This document shows positions 10,839 to 24,025 of a stretch of DNA of 64,000 nucleotides, piece after piece. How positions within the stretch are numbered: the first letter of the stretch is position 1; each line of letters starts with the position of its first letter. The notes beneath the pieces were generated by a model. That model was not told the origin of the DNA. It saw nothing but the letters and a program-made list of their open reading frames with translations, and did not search any database. A program made the position numbers and the translations under genes. The stretch comes from Thecamonas trahens ATCC 50062. Lineage: Eukaryota; Protista; Apusomonadida. The stretch lies in NCBI RefSeq assembly GCF_000142905.1, contig NW_013657622.1, forward strand, positions 162,780 through 226,779, written 5' to 3'.

Positions 10839-13800
10839 ATGGACGCGCTTGCGGGGCTCTCCCAGTCTGTGGATACCCTTTGTGAGCAGTTACACCTACC
10901 TGCACCGCATGTGTCTACACCTGTGCGGAGATACGGTCATGAGTATAGTGGTGGTGGTGAGCCTCGTGGCGGAGACGGCGACATGGCGGGCGACGGAGCG
11001 ACCATGATGATGGCAGGGAATGCTGGTGATGCTAGTGCTGCTGGTGCTGATGGGGATGATGATGAAATAATGGCACACATGGATGAAGCATGGTCAACGA
11101 CCATGATGGGATCACAAGAGAGTATGGCGTTTTTGGCGCGAGAGTTGCGGGAAACGTCAAGCAAGCTGGAGATGGCCCTGGCGAGAGCTCGAACTGCTGA
11201 AGAAGCTGCTCGGCAAGCTGCTGAGGGGAAGAGGCGGTTGGAACTGGTCCTGGGTGAGGTCACGGATGCTCATTGGGACTGGCTCGTCGAGGCGCTGGAG
11301 GAGGGCGGCATCGATGGTATGCGCCAGCGCATCGCAGACCTACACAATGATCTCGAGGCGTGTGCAACAGAGGCGAGGGCAGCCGAGGTTGCTGCCGGCG
11401 AGCGATGCGGGGCGGCCGAGGAGCGAGCACGGATTGCCGAGGCCCGCGCCGATGAGGCCGAAGCTCGCGAAGCCGAGACTGCCAGTCGTGCAGAGGAGGT
11501 TCAGCGGCAGGTGGCCGCACTGGAGCTGCGTCTGCGCGAGGAGATGGCGTCGGTCACCACTGCTGCTGAGCATACAGTAGCTGCGGCTGAGGCAAGGATT
11601 CGCCAACTTGAGGGCGATGTCGAGGCTGCGCTCCAACAGACTGCTGATGCCGAGGCTCGGACGGCCAGCCTCGCGGCCGAGGCTGTCGAGATTGACGAGG
11701 TCCAGCGGATGGTTGACGAGCTCGAGAACGACATTTTTGCTGCGCAGCGAGCCCAGAACGACGCCGAAGCACGTGCTGCCGATGCCGAGAAACTGTTGGA
11801 AGATCTGGGTGCAGCATCGGTGTTTGCTTTGAGGAACGAGGTTGAGGCACAGAAGAGTGAGCTGAAGTCGCTGCGGGCGACGCTCGCCGAGTCATCTGCA
11901 CGCGCCGCCAAGCTTGCCAAGGTCGAGAAAGAGCTCATTGCCTGCGAGTTTCGGGTCGAGGACGCCGAGATGCGGTGTCTACTGGCAGAAGAGCGAGCAG
12001 AAGCCAGAGAGGGCGAACTGGATGCCGAGGTAGCGGCCAGGGCGGAGCTGGCAGAGTCAGCGGCCGCAGCAGAGCGTGACTACGAGGCCCGCATCCGCGA
12101 ACTTGTCGGCGCTGCGGCACATGCCGACAGCGGAGCGCGGCTTGAGATGCGCGATCTCAAGATGCAGGTCAAGCTCTTGGAAGCGAGACTTTCAGAGGCG
12201 ACTACCGGTGCGAGCCAGATGGAGCACCGACTCTGCGGTGAGGTAGCTGAGCTGGAAGCTGCCCTTGCGGTGGAGCGACGGGCACTTGCCGACGCGCGTA
12301 GCACTGCGGCTCAGCTGCAGCGCAGGCTTGATGCTGCTGCCGACAAGCAGACGTCGACAACGGCAGGTGCAAAGAACGAGATTCGTGAGCTTGAAGAGCG
12401 CTGTGCACGACTCGAGAGCGAGGTTGCCAACGCCAAAAGCAGTGCGAGTGTGCGGCTTGCTCAGCTCAACGCAGAGCTGGAGGCGTCACACTCGCGTGCT
12501 GCGGAAGCCCATGATGCGGCGAACCGACTGCAGCGCGAGCTTGATCGTGCTCGGCGCAAGCAGGAGTCCCTTGCGGCGGAGAGCGGAGGGAGGGTGACTG
12601 AGCTGGAGGCACGATGCATCGAGCTCGAGACCGAGCTGTCTGAACATGGACAGGCCGCAGCCGCACGCATGGCCCAGCTGGAAGACGCATGTTTCCAAGC
12701 TCAGAAAGAGGCTCGGCGTGCTACGGAGAATGCAGATGCCAACCAGCGAGCCGCGGTCAGTGCACGCGATGTTGCCGCCGATGCAGAGCGGGCGACCAAG
12801 GCAGCTGAGAAGGAGATTGAGCAGCGAGTTGCCGAGCTCACTGAGAGCCGGGCGCAAAGTGCTGCTGCGATTGCCAAGGCGCGTCACGAGGTCCACGAGC
12901 TTCAGCACGAACTTGCTGCCATACAGGCGTCGGGCGGTCTGGACGCGGCCGCCGAGCGTGATACCGCGGTCGTCCGCGCCGACGAGCTAACAAGGCAGCT
13001 GGTAGAGCTCCAGGCACAGGCATCGGATGCCGAAGTCGAGCTGCGGCGGAGCAAGAGCGAGTTGGAGCGATTGCGGGAGGCTGCTGCCACGCACAGCATG
13101 GCGCTGGCGGAGCAACGCGAGGTTGCTGATGCAGCAGAGGCCAAGGTGAAGACGCTGCAGGCCGCGCTTGCACACCAGGAGCGCGAGACAAAGCGGGCTG
13201 AGGCCGAAATGGGCCATGTTCGTGTTCAGATGGAGGAAGCGGAGCAGAGCCTCGATTTGGTGCAGCAGCGAGCCCAGGAGGCCGAGACTGAGGCGGCGCG
13301 GATGCGCAGCCGTGTCGCGGGAGTCGAGCTGCAGTTGGTGCGAGCTGGAGAGGCCCACGTTCTTGCCGACAAGCTCGCCAGTGTGGAGGTGGCTCGCGAC
13401 GAAGCACTGAGCGCAACGGCTACTGCCGAATGTCGTCTCTGCGAGGCAGAGTCCCAGCTCATTGTTGAGCAGGATCGGGCTGCGGCGGCCGAGAAGAGTG
13501 CGCGCGAAGCGCTGTCGGAGCTTGCCGCAGCGCGCAAGCGGGCAGCCGAGGCGGAGGCCAGCGCGGCTTGCCGTGTGCGCGAGCTGGAGGATGACCTCGC
13601 GGCTGCGCGCAGGCTGGCTGTAGAGGCAGAAGCCACCTCCATTCGGCAGGCTCGGGACCTTGAGGCCGACCTTGCTGCTGCGCGCAAGCAAGCTGCAGAG
13701 GCGGAAGTCACCGCGGCTCGCCGTGCGCAGCAAGCGGAGGCTGACATCGCAGCTGCGCGTAAGCAAGTAGCAGCTATTGAGGCCTCTTCGGATCGCCGTG

Positions 13801-16800
13801 CGCGCGAGCTTGAGACTGATCTGGCGGCTGCACGCAAGCAGGCTGCAGAAGCTGATGTGGCTGCGGCTCGTCGTGTGAGCGAGCTGGAATCTGACCTCGC
13901 AGCTGCACGTCAGCAGACTGCAGTGGCTGACGATGCCGGGCGACGCCGTGCGCAGGAACTGGAGACCGATCTGGCGGCTGCACGCAAGCAGGCTGCAGAA
14001 GCCGATGCGACTGCGGCTCGTCGTGTGAGCGAGCTGGAAGCTGACCTCGCTGCCGCAGAGAAGAGGGCAACCGAGGTGGAAGCTACCGCTGCCCGCCACG
14101 TGCAGCTACTAGAAGCTGACCTCGCAACTGCACGTCAACAGACTGCAGAGGCTGACGACGCCGGGCGACGCCGTGCGCGGGAACTGGAGACCGAACTGGC
14201 GGCTGCACGCAAGCAGGCTGCAGAAGCTGATGCGACTGCGGCTCGTCGTGTGAGCGAGCTGGAAGCTGACCTCGCAACTGCACGTCAACAGACTGCAGAG
14301 GCTGACGATGCCGGGCGACGCCGTGCGCAGGAACTGGAGACCGAACTGGCGGCTGCACGCAAGCAGGCTGCAGAAGCCGATGCGACTGCGGCTCGTCGTG
14401 TGAGTGAGCTGGAAGCTGACCTCGCAACTGCACGTCAGCAGACTGCAGAGGCTGACGACGCCGGGCGACGCCGTGCGCAGGAACTGGAGACCGAACTGGC
14501 GACCATGCGCAGGCAGGCTGCAGAAGCTGATGCGACTGCGGCTCGTCGTGTGAGCGAGCTGGAAGCTGACCTCGCTGCCGCAGAGAAGAAGGCGACCGAG
14601 GTGGAAGCTACCGCTGCCCGCCACGTGCAGCAACTGGAAGCTGACCTCGCAGCTGCACGTCAGCAGACTGCAGAGGCTGACGGTGCCGGGCGACGCCGTG
14701 CGCAGGAACTGGAGACCGAACTGGCGACCATGCGCAGGCAGGCTGCAGAAGCTGATGCGGCTGCGGCTCGTCGTGTGAGCGAGCTAGAGGCTGACCTTGC
14801 AACTGTACGCAAGCGGCAGCAGAGGCTGACGATGCCGGGCGACGCCGTGCGCAGGAACTGGAGACCGATCTGGCGGCTGCACGCAGGCAGGCTGCAGAAG
14901 CTGATGCGGCTGCGGCTCGTCGTGTGAGCGAGCTGGAAGCTGACCTCGCAACTGCACGTCAACAGACTGCAGAGGCTGACGATGCCGGGCGACGCCGTGC
15001 GCAGGAACTGGAGACCGAACTGGCGGCTGCACGCAAGACAGTCAGCGAGGCCGAAGCTGCCGCCCACGTCCAGGTCGGCAAGCTGGAGGCGGATCTTGCC
15101 TCCTCGCGGCGACAGATACACACGATGGAGGCCCAGCTCAGGCGATCGACACTAGAAGCTCGCCCGGATGACCGCTCGCACACGTTGGCACGGATCGAGT
15201 CGCTCGAGAGCGAGCCCAGCCAAACGCGACAGGCACTTCATGTCCAGGCACGAGGCCCGGGCGCGGGTCTGCAACTGCGCGACTTGGATGCCCGCGACCA
15301 GGCCGTACAGGTGCTACAGGCCGAGCTGTCACTAGTGCGAGCCGAACTCGCTGCAAGTCGTGCTTCTCCGCGGCTCACCGGCGAGACTGATGCACAAGCA
15401 TCTCGGACACGAGCCGAAGAAGACCAGGGGCTACATGTCACGGTGCGCGACCTCGAGTCGCAGATCGTCCACACAAGCGCGCGCTCGACTCAGCTGGAGA
15501 ACGAGTTACGGTCTACCCGCCAGCGGGCGCGCGCGGCCGAAGACGGGCGTCTCGATATGGAGCACAGGCTGCGGTCGGTCCAAGCCGAACTTGACTCTGC
15601 CACCAGGCGCGTCAGGGAAGTGGAGGCCGAGAATGTGAGCGTGTTGCAGCGTTTGGCGGCGGCACGCGAGGAGAGTAGCACGTTCGAGTCGCGATTGAGT
15701 GGTTTGCGCATGCAGCTCGAGTCGGTGGCACGCGAACGTGATGCTGCTCGTGCCACAGAGGCTGTAGCACGCTCAAGCGACGCTACTGTCTGCGACGAAC
15801 TCGAGCGCGCGTTGGGCGCAGCACGGCGTAAGCTCAAGCTCGCGCGTCATGACGCTGAAAGCAAGGATCGTACCATGGAGAATCTCCGGCACGAGTTGGC
15901 TACAGTCAAGACCGAGAGCCATCGCAAGCTGGAGGATGCGCAGCAGAAGCTGATGCAAGCTCGGGGCGACGCTGAAGCGCACAAGAACGAGCTGGCACGA
16001 CTTCGGCAGCGTCTAGAGGCTGCAGACAACGATCTTCACGTCGCGACAAGTGCTGCCCGCAGAGATGCAGATGACAAGAGGCTCGAACTGAGGCTCATGG
16101 AAGATGCCGTTGAAGCCGCTCGTCGCCAGGCGAAGGCTGCGCGTGGGGATGCGGAAGAGAAGAGTTGTTTGCTTGTAGCTGCCGAAGATGCGCTGGCAAA
16201 GGCTCGCCGCGAGCTGGAGAACGCCCATGACGAGGCAGAAGGCACGACTCGCAAGCTTGCGACCGCCAAGTCCCAGGTCGAGGCCAAGGATCGCCAACTG
16301 GCAGCGGCCGAAGAGGAGCTGGCGTCCACCCGCCGCACGCTGACAACCGCCGAGTCCCAGGTCGAGGCCAAGGATCGACAGCTGTCAGCGGCCGAGTCGG
16401 AGCTGGCAACCACCCGCCGCACGCTGGCGACTGCCGAGTCCCAGGTCGAGGCCAAAGATCGACAGCTGGCAGCGGCCGAGTCGGAGCTGGCAACCACCCG
16501 CCGCACGCTGGCGACCGCCGAGTCCCAGGTCGAGGCCAAGGATCGACAGCTGTCAGCGGCCGAGTCGGAGCTGGCAACCACCCGCCGCACGCTGGCGACC
16601 GCCGAGTCCCAGGTCGAGGCCAAAGATCGACAGCTGGCAGCGGCCGAGTCGGAGCTGGCAACCACCCGCCGCACGCTGGCAACCGCCGAGTCCCAGGTCG
16701 AGACCAAGGATCGACAGCTGGCAGCGGCCGAGTCGGAGCTGGCGACCACCCGCCGCACGCTGGCAACCGCCGAGTCCCAGGTCGAGGCCAAGGATCGACA

Positions 16801-17722
16801 GCTGGCAGCGGCCGAGCACGACCTCTCGTTGGCACGGCAAAGGCTAGCGGCAGTTGAAGAGGACCTTTTCTCCACCCAGAGTATTCTGGCTGCAGGCCAT
16901 ACCGAGATTGCCTCCAAGGATCGACAGCTGGTGGCTGCTGAAGGCGATCTGTCCTCGGTTCGCCACAAGCTGGCTCTTGCCGAGGCTGAAATGCAAGAGA
17001 AGGCACTGACGCTGACCGCTGCTATGGCCCAAGCCGATGCCAAGGATCAACAGCTGGCAGTTGCCGCGGACGAGCTCATATCGGCACGGCGACAGCTGGC
17101 GAAAGCGGAAGATGAACTCGCATCCACCCGACGGCGACTGGCGGCGGCCGAAGACGAGCTCACGTCGACCAGGCGGCAACTGGCAGCGGCTCACGAGGAC
17201 TTGACCCTCACTCGCCAGCAGCTCTCAACTGACGCCTCGTCCGCCATTGCCGAGACTGAGCAGCATGCTGCTTCTATTGCCGCTCATCTTGCCGAGACAC
17301 AGGCCGCATACGCCGAGCTTCGCACAGAGTACGAGGCGCTCCAGGCGCGCCACGCACACGACATGCAGATGCTCGACGCGTCGGCAGCGGCGCACCTTGG
17401 CCATTCGGCCTCGCGCATCGCCGCACTCGAGGCAAGCCTCTCGGCATCGGCTTTGAGTGAGGCCGAGCTGGCTCAGTCGCGAAGCTACGGCCGCGAGCTT
17501 GTCTCGGTACGTCGCCAGCTCGCGACAGCCAACGACCAGCTCATGGCTCTGCGCGACGCGTACGACAGCCTCACCCACCATGTCGAGGCCAAGGATGAGC
17601 TCATCGCTGCGCTGCAGCTCGATGTTGATGCCGCCGTCACCCGCGCCGACGCGCTCGCGCTCGCCAACACTGAGCTCCACCACGCGGTCGACTACTATGG
17701 GTCGCTTTCATTCCGAGTCTGA
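10839..17722 (+). CDS. Very long (~2290 aa) coiled-coil protein with internal 25-aa and 28-aa tandem repeats; 1-nt frameshift near 14815
   Basis: Continuous heptad-rich A/E/R/L sequence. ORFs 10728..14927 and 14924..17722 carry the same repeat on either side of a single missing base (aag cgg ca gca gag). Confidence 0.85.
13806..15040 (+). repeat. Coding tandem array of 75-bp (25-aa) units, ~16 copies in three variants
   Basis: Variants ELETDLAAARKQAAEADATAARRVS, ELEADLATARQQTAEADDAGRRRAQ and ELEADLAAAEKRATEVEATAARHVQ. Confidence 0.95.
16271..16820 (+). repeat. Coding tandem array of 84-bp (28-aa) units, ~6.5 copies
   Basis: Unit SQVEAKDRQLAAAESELATTRRTLATAE; tcccaggtcgag recurs at 16271, 16355 and onward. 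Confidence 0.95.
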
Positions 17723-20700
17723 CGAGCCAGATCCGTCTTGCGGAATCAAGGTAAAGTGACGAATCGGCAGCGAGACAATCCGATCGACGAGCCGCTTGGT
17801 GGAGAGCCTGCTGGCGGGCTGGCGGGCCCAGCAGTCGTATAGGAGCGAGGCCATGTCCGGAGACAGGGAGTCCATGTCGTCGGGCATGACGCGTGCGGCG
17901 AGCAGGGCCTCAGTCGACGCGCCAAATGCCGGCTTGCCGGTCAGCAGCTCGTAGACGAGACAGCCAAAGGCAAAGATGTCACTGGCGGGCGTCGGCTCGG
18001 TGGCCGTTCCGTCGGCGAGCTCGGGGGCGAGGCCAGCGAGGCCCGGGTCCTCGCGGGCTTGCCCGGTGGCGGCGAGCAGACGATTGAGCCCACAGCCATC
18101 GACAAAGACGGTTTGACTCGCATCGGGAGCCTTGAGCATGACGTTGTTCGGTCGTAACGCGCCGTGCACTATGTCGTGGTTGTGGAGGACTGCCAGTCCA
18201 TGTGCTACGCTGCGGACCGCAGTGTTAACAAAGACAGCCGAGCGGCGTCCGTCGCGGATGGCCGAACCAAGTGAGCCGAGACGGTAGAACGGGAGGACAA
18301 CACCAACAAACGGCTTGGTCGCACACACACCGACCGGAACGACAAAGATCTCGCGGACCTCGCAAGGGAGCAGCGCCCACGACGCCAGTTCGGTCACGAG
18401 CGTCACAAGCGGCTTAACAGTCACGCTGCCTTGACTGAGCAAAGACTTGATCACCACCGGCATGCCCTTGTAGTTACTCACCAGCATGCGACACACGGTG
18501 CTGGCACCGGCCTCGCTCCCGCGCATAATCATAGACCGCATGACTGGGACCGAGAGCACGAGCTCGCACTTGAGCCGTGACGCCAGCGTCAGCGCCATGC
18601 GCAACTGCGAGGCCGAGCGCGAGCGCGACAGCTGGCGCGAGCGCGAGCGCGACAGTTGCTTCGACGATGACGTTCTCTTCCCCAAACGCCGGTTTTCCAC
18701 CAGCGATTCGTGGAGTGAGAGCCGTGTCGGAAGCCGGGGCAGCGTCACCTCGGACGGCATACCGGCGAGCTCGAGGTTGGGTGCTGTTTTCGACAGCGAC
18801 GGGTGGTCTATATCGAGCTGTATCATCGGCAGCCGACGGTTGGCGCCGCTGCCGTCAGTGGCAGGCAGCACTTGCGACGCCTTGCGCTTGACCTTGTCCT
18901 CGTCCTCGTCATCGACTTTGCCCTTGTCGGGTGACGACAGCGACGATGGTGGCGACGGCTTGAGCTGTGTGGTATCGGGCATACCGGGCTTGGGCTCATT
19001 CGAATCGGCGCCGGGCGCATCGGGTGCGCCGGCCGACGACGGGCAGAGTTCGGTGACAACAGAAACTGAGCTCTCGGAGGCTCTACGGGCGAGCTGCGGA
19101 GCGCCTTGCGGCCGCTCAACAAGCTGCGGGTGAGCCATGAGACCACGCCGGCCATTGGACCACGAGGCGACACGTGGAGGGCAGCGGGGAGCTGGCGGGA
19201 GCAGGGCGCTTACAGGCGTGCCCGAAGGCGAGTGCGAGGTGCCACGGGTGTGGGCATGGAGGTGAGTCCGCGACGCCATGGGGGAGGCCGACATTGAGAA
19301 CGAGCCAGACGGCCCGCCGGCCCGCGAAGTTGACATGACTGTGCCTAGGGCAGGACATGAGAGGTCGCAGCGGTCTGAGATCAGCTCGAGGAGGGCGCCT
19401 GGGACGAGCTTAATGAGGCGAAGGGTGGGGCGGGGGACGGAGAGGCAGGCCGAGCTGAGGGCGGCCTTGATGCTTGGCTTGAGGCCTGGGTCGACAAAGA
19501 AGCCGTAGTTTCGGCCTGCAGCGGCGGCGGCTTCAGTGACGCTAGCCATGGCACAGACGACGGGCCCGCGGAAGACCCACTGGTGGTCGGCGGCTGCGGT
19601 GCCGGGCATGAGCTCCGAAGTGATGTCACCCTCAGCGGCGACGACAAAGAATGGCGGGTGCGCGGCCTCATGACCGGCGGCGAGGGCATCATAGCAGGCG
19701 TCGGCAAAGTCGAGGAGCTGGCGCGGAAGATCAAAGACGACCAGGGCGTCGCCAAGGGCCCAGTCGACGAGCGAGGCGCGCGAGGCAGCAACAGCAGAGG
19801 CGAGCATGTCATGGAATGCGTGTAGGGCGCGGCGGGCCTCAAGAGGGTCGTGCGCCAGCAAGGCCTTGCCGCTCGGACACGAGATGGTGGCGGCGAAAAC
19901 ATGGCCTGAGGGGCGGGCCTTGCGGACCGGAAGCTGGACCTTGGCTAGAGTGAACCTCGAGCAGAGAGTACTGGCGAGGGCAGCCGCCGAGGGCCGCTCG
20001 CGCGGGAGATGGTCCCACGCCGAGGCAACGAGTGGGACGAGGTCTGCAGCCCACGGCGGGATGTTGACGAGCGCGGGACGTGAGGTGCCGTGAACGACTT
20101 CAAGGGCAAGAGCGGCGATGCCTGAAGTCGGGTGGTAGGGCTCGTCGCGAGTGAGAAGCTCCCAGAGGACGATGGCGAACGAATAGATGTCGCTGGAGGG
20201 CGCGACGGCGTCAGCGCCACCTGCAAGGACTTCGGGAGCCGACCAAAAGACGTTTGTCCAATTCGATGAGGCCTTGGATGTCGTCGAGATTGAAGAAGCG
20301 ACCGAGAGCAGGCCAAGCGAAGTGACAGCCTGGTTCGAGTACATACCGAGCTCAATGCCTGCAGGCTGGGGCCGACGCGGCGCGAGCCGCAGCACACACG
20401 CGAGCACCACGAGCGGGGCTTGGGAACCGAGTACGAGGAGAGCGATGAGGTCGGCGAGGTGACAGATGAAGAGGGAGGCGAGGCGCAGTGTGGCTGATGG
20501 GCGACGGAGAGGCCGGCAATTTTGGGGACCCAGCCGGCGGCGAGGAGGATGTTGAACGAAGAGAGCGAGCCGTGAGTGAGGCCACCAGACGTGTGGAGGT
20601 AGTCGAGGCCAGCGGCGATGGAAGCGGCCCACCAGAGGCGGAGCTCTGCACCGAGATCGAGCGAGTAGTCGTGAAGGACAGCATGAAGCGAGCCGTGCGG

Positions 20701-23307
20701 AGCATGTTCGAGGACGAGGCTGGGCGGCTTTGGGAGGACGCCGAGGACGCTGAGAATGTTGGGGTGATGTAGCGGGACAACGGCAGCGGCGTGGGTGCGG
20801 AGGCGGGCTAACACGGCGCGGGAGCCAGAGCGGTTCTCCTTGACGGCGACGTGGATGCCGCGCCACTTGGCGAGGTACACGGTGGCCTGGGCCGAGGTGG
20901 CGATGAGATTGAGCCGGCTAATGTCTGCGGAGCGGAGGAGGTAGTCGTCTGCGCGGGGGCAGGCAGGGGAGCGAAGACGAGGCAACATCAGGGCCTGTGC
21001 ATCACGGCGCCGACGGAGACAGACGGCAGTGGTGATGACTGCAGCGATAACGATGATGATGATGCATGCGATGATGACCACGGAAACAGTGAGAAGCAGC
21101 GATGACGACGGCGGAAGCGGTGACACGGGCAGCGGCGGGTTAAAGATCGAGTCGGACAGAATGGACTTGCCGTCGCATGTGGCCTGGGCGAGGATGGCGA
21201 GGATGCTGGCGGCGTTGTCTTGCGGGAGCCCGGCGAGCCCGGCTTCGTTTGCGGCCATGGCGGGGATGTGCGAGGTGAGGATCCATTCGACAAAGTGGGC
21301 AAAGAGCGCGCGCTGGCGGCAGGAAGACTGTGAGGATCGTGGGGTGGAGAGAAAGGTGAGCGCAGCGAGCGGGTAGGCAAGTTCGGCATCAGGGTCAACG
21401 ACAACTTGCGGGGGCGGCGACGAGGTGATGTGTGAGATGTTGCGGATGCCTGCTGCTGTTGCTGCTGCCGAGGGGAGGACAGCGTTGTTGTGGGCGTTGA
21501 CCACAGCTGCGAGCGGCAGACCCGAATTGATGACGAGCGGGAGCGGAACAAAGGCGATACCGCCGGTGTCTGTGGCGGCGGTGAGGCCAGCGATGAGCTC
21601 AAGGTGTGAGGTGTGCCAGATGTCGCAGCGACGGACGCTTGCGGCGGATGGGGTAGATCCGATGGCCGAGGCGAGGGCGGCGTCGATGGCGGCGACGAGG
21701 GGCGAGGGCCCAGCGAGGGCGTGGAGGCATAGTGTGGCGTTGTGCGGGAGCCAGGGGGCGAGCTCGGGGTTGAGGGCAAGGAGCTCGGGGGATGTCCACT
21801 CTGTGACAGAGCCGGAGAGGATGGCGGCGACAAGGTCGATGGAGACGATGAGGCGTGCGGCCGTGGGCGGAAGGGTTGGCAGCTTGTAGACGACAGCGAT
21901 GGGGTAGGCAAAGGTGGGGACGACGACTGAGGCGCCGTTAAGGTCGGAGAGCTGCGAGTCTGAACCCTCAAAACGTCGAGGTAGACCGAGGACGACGACG
22001 AGTAGCGGATAGGATTGTCTGTGAGGACGGCGAAGCGAGCGCTGAGGTCACGGTAGAGGTCTGCGGCGAGGGTGGGCCCAGAGCCCGATGCCATGGCGAT
22101 GAGAGGGAGTGAGGGCGAGGCGTTGCAGACGACACGCTTGAGGGCGAGAAGGGTTGCGTCGAGGTCTGCGACCTGGAGCGGGGCGTGGCCTGTGATGGCG
22201 AGAGCGTCGTCTTGGAGCGATAGGAGAAAGGCGAAGCGGGCGACGGTGGCGGCGAGGGCGGTGCAATAGTCGTCGACGACGGCGCGGCGTGAGTGCGGGA
22301 GGATGGCGTACTCGCGGTAGAGGAGCGGCCAGGCCCCGGCGTCGCGGACGGTGTCGTAAGTGAGAGGCACAGGGTCTGTGACAGGTGCAGCGGCGATTGA
22401 GGAGTGCCGAGTGCTCGGGATGAGTGCCGGGACGGTAAAGGCGTGGCGCCAGGAGCGGGCCCAAAGCTCCGAGGTGATGATGGTGAAGGCGTTGGGGTGG
22501 AAAAGGCGATTTCGGCGGCGGAGGTCATGGGGACGAGTGGGAGCGACAGCGGTGTGACGTCCAAGACGGCCGCGACGACCGGGTCCGGGTGACGGATGAT
22601 GCGGATGGCGGCGTTGGGGAGCGAGCCGGCGCAGCCCGGGTTGAGGGCGACGATGGCCGGGTGGTGCCAGTGGGCGACGTTGCCGATCCAGATGTCACGG
22701 AGCAGGTCTGTGGAGAGGATGAGCGAGGAGACCGAGGGGATGTTGACAATCGGGACGAGGTACGACGAGACGAGCGGAAGCGGCGGCGTGAGCTGCGAGG
22801 TGCAGCCATGCGCGTGGCTCTGCGGGCAGTACGAGGCGAGAAAGGTGGCTGGATTGGCGAGGCCAGCAGCCAAGACGCTGGTGGTGTGCGTTTCCGAGGT
22901 AGACGACGGCGTCTGCATCAGGTGCTCGACGGCGGTGGTGGCATCGTGGGGAGCAGCCGGATACTTGCCAGGCCTGCGCTTGCTAGTACTGGCGTGAGCA
23001 GGATCGATTGCGAGGCGGGAGCAACTGAGTAGACGTTGCTGGCGGTTGTCGAGTAGTAGGTCATATCATCGACTTGCTCATGATCTTCAACAGGCGCAGT
23101 GGTACCATCGTCCACAGCATGAAGATGTGGTATATGATGCGAGAGGAGGTATTCCAAAGATGATGATCCCGTCAACTGTGCAATGACTTGAGAATCGTCA
23201 TCGTCAGCATGAGAAGCATAGACAACGACCCAAGTGGAGGTACTCAGCAAGCAGGTAAATATCATGACCGTTACCATGACCAGGCCGACCCGCATGCTAT
23301 GTCGCAT
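17708..23307 (-). CDS. Receptor-type protein: signal peptide, PstS/phosphate-binding-protein-like ectodomains, TM, TKL pseudokinase, degenerate class III cyclase, second pseudokinase; several frameshifts (possible pseudogene)
   Basis: PBP-like VPIVNIPSVSSLILSTDLLRDIWIGNVAHWHHPAIVALNP..LPNAAI. TM VSVVIIACIIIIVIAAVITTAVC. Kinase 1 VYLAKWRGIHVAVKE..HHPNI..HGSLSSFNILL..WSAPEVL..SDIYSFAIVLWELLT. Cyclase-like PSGHV..DPLEARRAL..GDALVVF. Kinase 2 HGALRPNNVML..LAPEL..SDIFAFG. Spread over at least 5 ORF pieces. Confidence 0.75.
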
Positions 23308-23651
23308 GGTGACCAGAGGTTGGGATGTGAGGAGAGAGGGCCTTATTTTGGTTTTTTGTACGAGGGGGGGTAGTTGCGAGAAAAAGTTCAGGTGCCCGAC
23401 CCGATCGGTCCCTGCGGGAGTTGGTTAGGGGCAGCGCACGCGTGACGCTGCGCCGTGGTGCGGGAGGGCGGGTGGTGCGGGGAGGGAGGGTGGGGAGGGG
23501 TGGCGAGGGAGGAGGGGGGGGGGGGGGGGGGTGTNNNNNNNNNNNNNNNNNNNNNNNNNNNNNNNNNNNNNNNNNNNNNNNNNNNNNNNNNNNNNNNNNN
23601 NNNNNNNNNNNNNNNNNNNNNNNNNNNNNNNNNNCAAGAGAAAAGCCGCTC

Positions 23652-24025
23652 AAAATATTTTGAATATCCCCGCTTCTAGCACTTTTCTCGTCTCTTTCAT
23701 GGTTGATGAGCTATGACTACGCGGAGGCGGCGGGCGTGCTAGAGACGGTAAAGAAGAAGAGGGCAGCAGGGTATCGAGTTCGATCTCAAAGGCAGAGGGG
23801 CTGTGAGGAGGAGGGGGGGGGAGAGGGGAGTGCTTGACAGCATGTCGAAAGGCCCGCGAAAATATTTTGAATATCCCCGCTTCTAGCACTTTTCTCGTCT
23901 CTTTCATGGTTGATGGGCTATGGCTAAGCGGAGGCGGCGGGTGTGCAAGAGACAGCGGAAACGCAGAGGGCGGCAGGGCCGACAGCAGGGTGCAGCAGGG
24001 CATCGAGTTCGACCTCAAAGGCGAG
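23652..24025. repeat. Imperfect direct duplication (~150 bp) next to an assembly gap
   Basis: aaaatattttgaatatccccgcttctagcacttttctcgtctctttcatggttgatg occurs at ~23652 and ~23859. The first copy decays into a G-rich version of the neighbouring gene's 3' end. Confidence 0.8.

Noticed and set aside
23652-23830. Real gene-end duplication
   Set aside because: It abuts an N gap and degrades into G-runs, so it is likely a low-quality overlapping read end.
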